Assembly (NCBI GenBank): GCA_965204745.1
Contig: OZ242010.1
Location: forward strand, 1,504,001 to 1,568,000
Reading direction: 5' to 3'
Origin: Candidatus Latescibacterota bacterium
GTDB lineage: Bacteria > Latescibacterota > UBA2968
DNA length: 64,000 nucleotides
Positions 48,612 to 58,129 of this stretch are shown here, piece by piece. Numbering within the stretch: position 1 is the first letter of the stretch; each line of letters opens with the position of its first letter. The position numbers and the translations under genes were made by a program. The notes beneath the pieces were generated by a model. That model ran no database searches and was not told where the DNA came from. It saw only the letters and a list, made by a program, of their open reading frames with translations.

Positions 48612-48827
48612 ATCGCGGATTAAACGGATTACGCGGATGAACGCGGATTGGGTTGGCAGGTAGGGCAGAGGGCGCAGATGACACAGACGCCGCAAGTGGG
48701 GCAGAGGACGCGGATTAAGCGGCGCAGGTGGGGCGAAGAATGCAGAAGGCATGAAAGACACAACGGCGGTAGGGCGGTGGGGGTAATCCGTGCAATCCCT
48801 TAATCCGCGTAATCCGCGATCCAGACA
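48605..48827. mobile_element. Complete family C MITE-like element (223 bp)
   Basis: TIRs TGTCTGAATCGCGGATTA and TAATCCGCGATCCAGACA, purine-rich interior, no clear TSD. Supplies the TGA stop of the FRG-TPR gene. Confidence 0.75.
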
Positions 48828-48840
48828 ACTGGAGGTACCA

Positions 48841-49206
48841 ATGCCAGTGCAGGAAAAATTTCAGACAACTCAAGATCTGCTGGACGCCGCGGACCAGGAG
48901 TTCGCTGTTGGCAACGCGCTGCCGGCAACAGAGCGGCTGTGGGATGCTGTCAGGCATACCCTGACCACCATTGCCGAAGAAAAGGGCTGGCCCTGCGCCG
49001 ATGAAGATGACTTGTACCAAGTCGCAGAGCGGCTGAACGAACTCGACAAAGTGGGACTGGATTTTCTGTTGAGCGGATACTCAGCGGCGCAAGGCTATCC
49101 AGACAAAGTCCGCTATGGATTTTTTGATTTCGCCGATGGCGACGCCGACGATGTCCGCAAAGTGGTACACTGCGTTATCAACTTGGCACGAGAACTGGCC
49201 GACTGA
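48841..49206 (+). CDS. PaREP1/HEPN-like protein
   Basis: LLDAADQEFAVGN...ATERLWDAV...IAEEKGWP; GGAGG RBS. Confidence 0.7.
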   Translation: MPVQEKFQTTQDLLDAADQEFAVGNALPATERLWDAVRHTLTTIAEEKGWPCADEDDLYQVAERLNELDKVGLDFLLSGYSAAQGYPDKVRYGFFDFADGDADDVRKVVHCVINLARELAD

Positions 49207-49207
49207 G

Positions 49208-49573
49208 ATGACGACCACGCTACCATCATCAGATCATATCCAAATCGCACGGGAATTTCTAGACGAATCCGACCGAGAATTTGCCGTTGGAAAGGTACTG
49301 AAAGGATCGGAAATGTTGTGGGGAGCCGCCGCCCACGCGCTGATAGCGGTAGCTCTACAAAATGGCTGGCCTCACAACAGCCACGGGGCCATGAAAAATG
49401 TAGCACGGCGATTGCCCGATATTCCCAAGGAGCCTCATTGGCTCTCCGAATTTGCTACGGCGGAACGATTCCACATCAATTTTTATCATGGCAATATGAC
49501 CAGCCAAGCGATAACGCGCAACCGCCCGAAGGTGCGCCGTTTTATCGTCCGCCTACTGGACCTAACCGACTAA
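49208..49573 (+). CDS. PaREP1/HEPN-like protein
   Basis: AREFLDESDREFAVG...GSEMLWGAAAHALIAVA...GWPHNSH...AERFHINFYH. Confidence 0.78.
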   Translation: MTTTLPSSDHIQIAREFLDESDREFAVGKVLKGSEMLWGAAAHALIAVALQNGWPHNSHGAMKNVARRLPDIPKEPHWLSEFATAERFHINFYHGNMTSQAITRNRPKVRRFIVRLLDLTD

Positions 49574-49584
49574 TCAATCATGCT

Positions 49585-49897
49585 TTTTAATCCGCGAAAT
49601 CCCCAAATCCGCGAAAATCCGCGATCCAGACACAGCGGTTGTGGATGGGCGAGGCACGCACACGGCAGGGCGGTGATGGGCCGGGAACGCACGGGTGGTT
49701 GGGCGGCGAGGTGAGGCCGCACGGGCGGATGGGTGGAGAGGACGGGCACGCACGGGAGGGGGTAAGGACACAGCGGAGGCAGGGCGGTGGGGGGATCTCA
49801 CCTCTTACTTTTCGCCTCTTACTTGGGGATAGGGCTTGCGGCAGGGCGGTGGGTAATCCGTGAAATCCCCAAATCCGCGTAATCCGCGATCCAGACA
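49585..49897 (+). repeat. Two direct family C arms enclosing a G-rich low-complexity tract
   Basis: AATCCCCAAATCCGCG(A/T)AATCCGCGATCCAGACA twice; many GGG/GGGG runs between them. Confidence 0.8.
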
Positions 49898-49910
49898 ATA
49901 GGAGGTTTTC

Positions 49911-51353
49911 ATGAATGTCATTTTAATCGTGCTGGACACATGGCGGCGCGATCATGTGGGGTGTTATGGCAATGAGTGGATTCACACGCCGAACATCGAC
50001 CGGTTCGCCGAGCGAGCCGCCGTGTTTGACAATGCGTACTTGGCGTCGTATCCCACGTTGCCGTGTCGGCGCGACATTGCGACCGGGCGATACGAATTTC
50101 CGTGGCGGGGCTGGGGCGGGCTGGAGCCTGACGACGTGACCCTGGGCGGCACCGTACACGAGGCGGGCAAAGTGTCCTACTTTTTCACGGACGTGTACCA
50201 CCACTGGACGAGCAACCCGGGCAGTGGCTATTGGCGGCCCTTTTCCGGCTTTGATATCGTGCGCGGGCAGGAGCGCGACCGGTATATCACGGATGCGGAC
50301 GTCGCCTTTGAGAATCGCACCTTGGACTATCCCCCGCACAACAAACCGGATCAACCGCACTTCCGCAACGCGCAGTACATCCGCAGAGAAGAGCGCGACT
50401 GGTTCTCGGCGCAGTTGTTCTCGCGGGCCGCGCGGTGGGTTCAGCACAATGCGGACCGGGAGTTCTTTTTGATGATCGATTCATTTGACCCGCACGAGCC
50501 ATGGGACCCGCCTCGCCATTACGTCACCTTGTACGACGATTCCGACGAGGCGGTCAACGAGTATCCGGTCGCGCCTTACGACTGGGTCAAAGGCAATCTA
50601 ACCGAAGCGGAATTGAAGCGCGTGCAGGCGATTTACGCGGGCGAAATCACGATGGTGGATCGGTGGGTCGGCCACTTTCTCGATCAGGTTGCGACCATGG
50701 GCTTGATGGACGAGACGATGATCATCCTCGCATCCGATCACGGAACGCACAATGGGGACCACGGGCGCACCGGGAAAAACTGGGTGTTGTGGAATGAGAT
50801 CACGCGCATTCCCCTCATCGTTTGGCATCCCGCCTGGGGGCACGGCACGCGCCCCGGGCAATTTGCACAGCCCATAGATTATTTCCCGACGGTGTTGGAC
50901 GCGATGGGCATCGCAGTGCCCAAAGGCGTGCAGTTGCACGGTCAAAGCCTGTTGCCCTATCTCCGGGACGGGCACGCGCCGGGGCGGGACGCGATTTTGT
51001 ACGGGCAATTTGCCGGGACGTGCAACCTCACAGATGGCGAGTACGCGTTGTTGCAAGGTGTGGCTGAATCCAACCCGCCCGCGTACGCGTATTCGAGCAT
51101 CATCGCCAACCGCAATCAATTCGATTGGGATGCGGACGCGCTCAGGTGTAAATTGACGCCTGCGCGCCACCCGGAAAAACACAAAACGCGCTTGTACCAC
51201 CTGCCCTCGGATCCCAAGCAGGAAAACGATCTCGCGGCCAAAGACCCCGATACCTTGGCCCGCATGCAAAAGTTGATGGTCGAAAAATTGCGCGCGATTC
51301 ACGCGCCATCGGAATTGGCGATCCGCTTGGGCCTCGCCAAGGAGCGCACATGA
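49911..51353 (+). CDS. Sulfatase-fold hydrolase with non-canonical TxPxR motif
   Basis: NVILIVLDTWRRD, TPNID, SYPTLPCRRDIATG, DPHEPWDP and ASDHG. Confidence 0.85.
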   Translation: MNVILIVLDTWRRDHVGCYGNEWIHTPNIDRFAERAAVFDNAYLASYPTLPCRRDIATGRYEFPWRGWGGLEPDDVTLGGTVHEAGKVSYFFTDVYHHWTSNPGSGYWRPFSGFDIVRGQERDRYITDADVAFENRTLDYPPHNKPDQPHFRNAQYIRREERDWFSAQLFSRAARWVQHNADREFFLMIDSFDPHEPWDPPRHYVTLYDDSDEAVNEYPVAPYDWVKGNLTEAELKRVQAIYAGEITMVDRWVGHFLDQVATMGLMDETMIILASDHGTHNGDHGRTGKNWVLWNEITRIPLIVWHPAWGHGTRPGQFAQPIDYFPTVLDAMGIAVPKGVQLHGQSLLPYLRDGHAPGRDAILYGQFAGTCNLTDGEYALLQGVAESNPPAYAYSSIIANRNQFDWDADALRCKLTPARHPEKHKTRLYHLPSDPKQENDLAAKDPDTLARMQKLMVEKLRAIHAPSELAIRLGLAKERT

Positions 51354-52687
51354 AGCCGAATATCCTGATGATGATCGCAGACGATGCGACCTACAACGAC
51401 CTGTCCCTGTACGGCGGGCAAAATGTCGAGACGCCCAACATCGACCGCCTCGCACGCCAAGGGTTGGTCTTCAACCGGGCGTACCTGCCCATGGCCATGT
51501 GCAACCCGTGCCGAACCGCGCTCTACACGGGCTTGCACCCGGCCCGCAATGGCTCGTGCTGGAACCACTCTGCCGCGCGCCCGGGCACCAAAAGCCTGCC
51601 GCACTACCTCGGCGACCTCGGCTATCGGGTGGGCCTGTGCGGCAAAAAGCACGTCGGGCCGCACAATTGTTTTCCATTTGAAAACGTGCCGGGCATCGAG
51701 GGCGGGTGCGTGCATCCCAATCCCGAGTTCGGCGTTGCGGGGATTCGCGCATTTATCGGGCAAAATTCAGACGCGCCCTTCTGTCTCGTGGTCGGGCTTT
51801 TCGAACCGCACGCGCCGTGGACCTTGGGCGATCCCGATCATTTCGATCTCGACGCGCTCAAACTGCCGCCCTACATGGCCGACACGCCCGAAACGCGCAG
51901 TGATTACGCCAAATACCTCGCAGAAATAGAAGTGTTAGACAGGGAAATCGGCGACATTCTCGGCGTGTTGGACCAAAGCGGCCGGGCAGATGATACGATA
52001 GTGATTTTCACATCCGAGCAGGGGTCGCAGTTTCCCGGCTGCAAGTGGACGAACTGGAACACGGGCGTCCACACCGGGTTCGTCGTCCGCTGGCCCGGCA
52101 AGGTCGCGCCGGGCTATACGGATGCGATCATCCAGTACGAAGACGTCACCCCCACGCTGATCGATGCTGCGGCCGGGAATCCGCAGGCGATAGACTTCGA
52201 TGGCTCGAGCTTTTTGCCCGTGCTCTTGGGCGATTCAGACGCGCATCGGGAACACGCCTATTTTATACACAACAACATCCCCGAAGGCCCGCCCTATCCG
52301 ATTCGCGCAGTGACGGATGGCACTTACCACTACATCCGCAATCTCACGCCCGAGGCGATCTACATCGAGAAGCATCTGATGGGGCCGAACAAATGGCACC
52401 AATACTGGCCCACTTGGGTCGCGGATACGACGTTCAATGAACACACGCGCTTTGTCGTGACGCGCTACATGCACCGCCCGGCCGAGCAACTGTACCGCAT
52501 GGACGACGACCCGTGCGAGATGACCAACCTCGTCGACGACCCGACCCACGCGGCGGCAAAAGAACGCCTATCCGCCGAACTCGACCGATGGATGGCCCAA
52601 CAGGGCGACCCCGGCGCCGAGATCGACACCCAAGCCCAATGGCAAGCCGCCAAACAGGGCAGGCATTTTGAACGGCAGTGCGGATAG
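51350..52687 (+). CDS. Sulfatase (sulfamidase-like)
   Basis: PNILMMIADD, CNPCRTALYTG, GKKHV and EPHAPW. Confidence 0.92.
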   Translation: MKPNILMMIADDATYNDLSLYGGQNVETPNIDRLARQGLVFNRAYLPMAMCNPCRTALYTGLHPARNGSCWNHSAARPGTKSLPHYLGDLGYRVGLCGKKHVGPHNCFPFENVPGIEGGCVHPNPEFGVAGIRAFIGQNSDAPFCLVVGLFEPHAPWTLGDPDHFDLDALKLPPYMADTPETRSDYAKYLAEIEVLDREIGDILGVLDQSGRADDTIVIFTSEQGSQFPGCKWTNWNTGVHTGFVVRWPGKVAPGYTDAIIQYEDVTPTLIDAAAGNPQAIDFDGSSFLPVLLGDSDAHREHAYFIHNNIPEGPPYPIRAVTDGTYHYIRNLTPEAIYIEKHLMGPNKWHQYWPTWVADTTFNEHTRFVVTRYMHRPAEQLYRMDDDPCEMTNLVDDPTHAAAKERLSAELDRWMAQQGDPGAEIDTQAQWQAAKQGRHFERQCG

Positions 52688-52727
52688 AAGCCCTAAGTGT
52701 GATACACTTGGCGAAGATGGGAATGAC

Positions 52728-54014
52728 ATGAAAATGAACGCGGAAACGACTCGCCCTCAAGAGCAGGGCAACACCGAAGATTTGCCGGCTCTCGATGGGG
52801 AATGGGAAATGAAGCGGTTGGGAGATATCGCGTCATTTTTCAAGGGGTCAGGGCTGTCCAAGGCCGATCTGTCCCCCGATGGAAAAAGACGCTGTATCCT
52901 CTATGGAGAACTTTTTACAACTTATGGAGAACGTATCACAGAAGTTCTACACGGGACTAACCGGGAGGGTGCATTCTTTTACTCTCTTCAAAACGATGTG
53001 CTCATGCCTACCTCGGATGTAACTCCAAATGGTTTAGCGACGGCAAGCTATATCCCATTCTCAGGTATTATCCTTGGTAGCGACATTCTCGTCATTCGCG
53101 CTCCAGAACACCTTATCAACGGAGAGTTTCTCGCTTACACAATCAAGGTACACCGCAACCAAGTGATGCGACTCGTATCCGGCACGACGGTCTTTCATTT
53201 GTATGGGCGTGACATGGCGAACTTTAGATTTTACGCACCCAGTGTAAAAGAGCAACGCGCCATCGCCGAGGTGTTGTCGGATGTGGATGGCCTAATCCAG
53301 TCATTGGACGCGCTGATCGCCAAGAAGCGCGCCATCAAGCAGGCCACCATGCAACAACTTCTCACCGGCAAGACGCGCCTGCCGGGGTTCAGCGGGGCGT
53401 GGGAGACGAAGCGGTTGGGAGAGATTGGAGAAATTTCCGGTGCTGGAGTTGACAAAAAGATCAGACCGAACGAAGTTATGGTCCGACTCGTGAACTACCT
53501 CGACGTCTATCGCAAGACGTTTCTATACTCGAAAGATCTCGTGCAAGAAGTTTCTGCGAAACAGGACCAAGTACGGCGCTGTTCGGTAAATAAAGGCGAC
53601 ATCTTTTTCACTCCAACCTCTGAGGTACGCGATGATATCGGTCGATCCGCAGTCGCCATGGAAAACATTTCAGACGGGGTATATAGCTATCACGTCGTCC
53701 GCTTGCGGTTGAATACAAATTGGGACCTTCGATTTCGAGCTTACGCCTTCGATACAAAAGATTTCTACGATCAAGCGAGCCTGTCATGCGAAGGAAGCGG
53801 AACGCGCTATGTCATCACCCTTCCAAGATTCCGAGCGATCACTATTCGTTTCCCTCCAACGACGGAAGAACAATCTGCTATCGCCGCCATCCTCTTTGAC
53901 ATGGACGCCGAGATCGCCGCGCTGGAGCGACGCCGGGATAAGACCTGTGCCATCAAGCAGGGGATGATGCAACAACTCCTCACGGGACGGATTCGGCTGG
54001 TTAAATCGGAGTAA
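52728..54014 (+). CDS. hsdS: Type I restriction-modification specificity subunit (orphan)
   Basis: Two TRDs, each followed by EQxAIA coiled coils ending KQAT/GMMQQLLTG. Confidence 0.92.
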   Translation: MKMNAETTRPQEQGNTEDLPALDGEWEMKRLGDIASFFKGSGLSKADLSPDGKRRCILYGELFTTYGERITEVLHGTNREGAFFYSLQNDVLMPTSDVTPNGLATASYIPFSGIILGSDILVIRAPEHLINGEFLAYTIKVHRNQVMRLVSGTTVFHLYGRDMANFRFYAPSVKEQRAIAEVLSDVDGLIQSLDALIAKKRAIKQATMQQLLTGKTRLPGFSGAWETKRLGEIGEISGAGVDKKIRPNEVMVRLVNYLDVYRKTFLYSKDLVQEVSAKQDQVRRCSVNKGDIFFTPTSEVRDDIGRSAVAMENISDGVYSYHVVRLRLNTNWDLRFRAYAFDTKDFYDQASLSCEGSGTRYVITLPRFRAITIRFPPTTEEQSAIAAILFDMDAEIAALERRRDKTCAIKQGMMQQLLTGRIRLVKSE

Positions 54015-54034
54015 TCTATGGCAGTTAGGTACTC

Positions 54035-54394
54035 GGACCTATCCCCCCGTTACGTTACTCGCTCCGCTTCGTTGTAGGCTACGCCTGTGCCTGTGAGGAA
54101 GGGGGAACGAGGATCGGTTTTGCGAGGGTATTGATGAGGGATTTTTAATCGCGCCCTATCGGGACCTACCCCCCTAACCCCCGTTACTCGCTCCGCTTCG
54201 TTGTAGGCTACGCCTGTGCCTGTGAGGAAGGGGGGAATGGCGAGAGGGTTTGTGAGGGATTTGCACGAGAGGTTTTTGGGGTTCATGGCGTGCTCCAGTC
54301 GCTCAAAGCCATCAGAACAGCCAGGGATACAAACCTTCAAAAAGCCATGCGCTCCCCCTTTCCTTGTAGGAAAGGGGGCCGGGGGGATAGGTCC
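54035..54394. repeat. Family D element with duplicated left arm and two identical ~36-bp inserts
   Basis: GGACCTA(T/C)CCCC at 54035 and 54162; GGGGATAGGTCC ends at 54394; GTTACTCGCTCCGCTTCGTTGTAGGCTACGCCTGTG occurs twice. Confidence 0.8.
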
Positions 54395-54461
54395 TAGGAG
54401 GAAGGGGGAATAACATCTCTGCGTTGCGGGGAAGAACTGGAGGAGGGGGCATCATTTGTTT

Positions 54462-55240
54462 TTAGGTTCTGTTGACATTTTGTTTTAGAGCGATGAGCGT
54501 GGCCGCAAAAGCGAGAAAGCCTCGATAACTCGTGCTGAGTTTCTCAAAGCGAGCGAATATCCTGCGATACTGCTTCATTTTTCCAATCAACCGCTCAATC
54601 AAATTGCGTTGCTTATACCGATGGCGATCATAATCACGCGGGGTCTTGCGATAAGACCGGGGCGGAATCACGGCAACCTGTCCATGGTGAGAAAGGACGT
54701 CCAGAAACGCTTGTGAATCATAGCCCTTATCCGCGATGACAGATCGGCTCTCATACCCAGCGATTAACGCTTCGGCTTGCGTGATATCGTGGGTTTGTCC
54801 CGGTGTGAGTCGAAACCGGAGCGGGAGGCCACGCGCATCTGTGCAGAGATGGATTTTGGTGCTGAACCCGCCTCGGCTCTTGCCGAGGGCTTGCGCGGCT
54901 TGCCCCCCTTTTTTTTTGAGGCACCCGCTGCACAGGCATGAGCACGCACGACAGTGCTGTCAATGATCAGACATGCCAAGTCTGGATCAGACGTAAAATG
55001 CTGGTGCATGCGTTCCCACACGCCATACCGGCACCAGCGAGCAAAGCGTTTATAGACTGTGTTCCACTTCCCGTACTGTGCGGGCAACTGACGCCACTGA
55101 CCACCCGAGCGCATCACCCACAGAACCGCTTCAATGAAGCGTTTGCAACCGGCTTCCTCGCCGACATAGACGCGAGGGCATTCGCGGATGAATGCGAGAA
55201 TTTTAGGCCACTGATTCGGAGAAAGAATAAGGTTTGACAT
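54462..55240 (-). CDS. IS5 DDE transposase, orfA/orfB joined by -1 frameshift
   Basis: orfA W..LP..YG.W.TVYKRF..W and IDST; A9G6 slippery site at 54903-54917; orfB GKSRGGFSTKIH, ADKGYDS and RNLIER. Confidence 0.93.
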
Positions 55241-55282
55241 ACACACAGAGTAACTCAAAATATCCCAAATGTCAACAGAACC
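54465..55282 (-). mobile_element. IS5-family insertion sequence (IS427-like), 818 bp, TA target duplication
   Basis: Perfect 16-bp TIRs (GGTTCTGTTGACATTT), TA on both sides. Confidence 0.95.
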
Positions 55283-55572
55283 TAGACACGTTCTAAGGGG
55301 CGATCCGATACTGGATGACTCGTTGAGGTCTTTGGGCGATTGGTCGAGGCTTGCTTCTTACTCGTTTTCTACTCTTAATTCGCATTGTCAGTTGTCAGTT
55401 GTCAGTTGTCAGTCCCCGCGCCCAACCCCTTCGGTGAGACGTAAGACGGGAGCGGTGAGGCAAACCCTTCGTAGGGACAGGGCCCCGTGCCTGTCCGAAG
55501 AAATACAAAAAGCGAATGAGCCGTTGTGCCCATCCGCCGAATCGCCGGTTCGTAAATTTTTTGGAGAATATC

Positions 55573-57131
55573 ATGATCCGCTATTTATTTTTGGCAATTT
55601 TGATGGTGATAACCGCTTGTAGCCAACAGGCCGAGCGCAAGCGCACGCTCGTTTTTGGGCGCGGGGGGGATTCCGTGGGGTTGGATCCCGCGCTGGAGAC
55701 GGATGGCGAGTCGTTTAAGGTGTGCGATAATATTTACGAGACCCTCGTCACCTTTGTGCCCGAGCGCACGGACTTGGCGCCGGGGTTGGCGACTTCATGG
55801 GAGGCGTCCACAGATGGGTTGACGTGGACGTTTCACCTGCGAGAGGGCGTGGTTTTTCACGATGGCCTGCCCTTCAACGCGGATGCGGTGGTGTTTTCAT
55901 TGGCGCGGCAGTTCAAGGCCGATCACCCGTTTCACAAGGTGGAAGGCGCGTATCAATACTGGTCGAGCATGTCGATGAGCGAGATCGTGAAAGATGTGCG
56001 TGCGATAGACGATGCGACTGTGGCGATTGATTTGAAGCGGCCCAACGCGCCGTTTCTGTCCAATTTGGCGATGAATTTCTGCGCCATTGTCAGTCCGTCT
56101 GCGGTCGAAAAATGGGGAGCTGATTTTGCGCGGCATCCCGTTGGCACGGGCCCGTTTCGGTTTGTCGATTGGATCAAGGACGACCGCGTTGTGCTGGAGC
56201 GCAATCCCGATTACTGGGGGCCGGCGCCCAAAATTGACCACCTCATTTTCAGGAGCATTCCGGAAAATTCCGTGCGCTTGATCGCGCTGACGCAAGGGGC
56301 GATTGACGGCATGGATAACTTGGTGCCCGATTTTTGCCGACCATTGAATCGCACGACCACCTCGCGTTGCTGTCGCAACCCGGAATGAATGTGGGCTATT
56401 TGGCGATGAACATGGACAAAGAGCCGTTTCAAAAACTCGCTGTGCGCCGCGCCATCAACCACGCGATAGACAAGCAGGCGTTGATCGACAATTTGTATCA
56501 GGGCTTGGCGATCCCCGCGGTCAATCCCATTCCGCCCACGCTTTGGAGTTATCGCACGGAGACGCCGGGTTATGAATACGATCCGGAGAAGGCCAAAACC
56601 CTCTTGGCCGAGGCGGGCTTTTCAGATGGGTTCGAGACCACGCTTTGGGCCATGCCCGTTCCCCGGCCGTATATGCCGCAGCCCTTGAAAATTGCCGAGG
56701 CCATTCAAGCCGATTTGCAAGCGGTGGGGATCAAAGCGGAGATCGTCACGTTTGAGTGGGGGACGTATCTGGACAATGTTCAGCGCGGGCAGCACGATAT
56801 GGCCCTGTTGGGATGGACGGGCGACAATGGGGATCCGGACAATTTCCTCTATGTTTTGCTGGACAAGAGCGCGACGCAAAAGCCGGCCAACAACATCGCG
56901 TTTTACCGCAGCGACCCCCTGCACGAGGTTTTGGTGGCCGCGCAAAAGGAGTCGGACAAAGCCAAACGCACGGCCCTGTATCAAAAGGCACAGGAGATTG
57001 TATTTCATGACGCGCCCTGGGTGCCGCTGGTACACGCGACCCAAACCGCGGCCTTTCACACTCGGGTCACCGGGTTCAAGCTACACCCGACCGGAAACAA
57101 GTGGTTTTACGATGTGGCAGTGGGGGAGTGA
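55573..57131 (+). pseudogene. Dipeptide ABC transporter substrate-binding lipoprotein (DppA-like), frameshifted
   Basis: Lipobox ITAC, PVGTGPF, VRRAINHAID, MPVPRPY and GWTGDNGDPDNF. One T is missing in the T5 run at 56331-56335, which may be an assembly error. Confidence 0.85.
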
Positions 57132-57243
57132 AAGGCGGGAGAGGTGAGACGGGAGAGGTGAGACGGGAGAGGTAAGAGGTGAGAGGCAAGAGGGCCGCCC
57201 AACGCCCAACCGCAGGTGAGACGGAAGATACAAGAGGGTAGGT

Positions 57244-58017
57244 CTAAAAAATAGATGCCATCCATCCGCCATCTACGGGCAGGGCGGTGCCCGTGATCCA
57301 CGCGGCGTCATCAGATGCGAAAAACACCGCGGCCTTGCCGATATCTTCGGGCAGGCCCAAGCGCGGGAGCGGGGTCTTGGCGCGACTGTCTTCTATGTCC
57401 TGCGGCGTGAGATAATCCTGAATGGGCGTTTCGATATAGCCCGGGCAAATCGCATTTACCGTCGCCCCAAAAGGCGCGAGTTCCAAAGCCGTATCGCGCG
57501 TCAGATTCACCACGCCCGCCTTTGACGCGGCATACGCAGGGCCACCACCCCCGCCAAACGCCTGCACAGACGCGATGTGGATGATCCGCCCGGATGGCTT
57601 CTTCAGATGGGGCATGGCAAATTTGCTCGCCACGTACACTGCGCGCAGGTTCACGGCCATCATCGCGTCATAGTCCTCAATGGTCGTCTCTTCAATCCCT
57701 CCCGGAATCGCAATCCCCGCATTGTTGACCAAAATATCCAGCCCCCCAAACGCGGAAACCGCCTGATGGATCGCACGGCTCACGGCTTGATCGTCCGACA
57801 CATCGGTTTGCACAAACAGCCCGTTCGCGCCCAGATTTTCCAATTCCTCAACTGTGGAGGTGGTCAAATCCGTCTCGTGGTACTTGCCCTGTTTGGGCGT
57901 TTCCCGAATATCGGCCACCACCACTTGCGCGCCTTCTCGCGCCAGTGCCAAGGCAATGCCCCGCCCAATGCCGGAACTCGCCCCGGTGACCAATGCCACG
58001 CGCCCGCTGAGTTTCAT
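57244..58017 (-). CDS. Short-chain dehydrogenase/reductase
   Basis: TGASSGIG, NNAG, YAASK and VDGG. Confidence 0.93.
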   Translation of the reverse strand: MKLSGRVALVTGASSGIGRGIALALAREGAQVVVADIRETPKQGKYHETDLTTSTVEELENLGANGLFVQTDVSDDQAVSRAIHQAVSAFGGLDILVNNAGIAIPGGIEETTIEDYDAMMAVNLRAVYVASKFAMPHLKKPSGRIIHIASVQAFGGGGGPAYAASKAGVVNLTRDTALELAPFGATVNAICPGYIETPIQDYLTPQDIEDSRAKTPLPRLGLPEDIGKAAVFFASDDAAWITGTALPVDGGWMASIF

Positions 58018-58129
58018 AGCCCTCTCCTTGTATCTTTAGGCGAGCACGGAAGCATCGCCCCTACATACTGCTCATCTTTGAACTGGCTATCGCCAGTTGT
58101 ACCCCGCTCGTGGCTAAAATCCCATCTTT

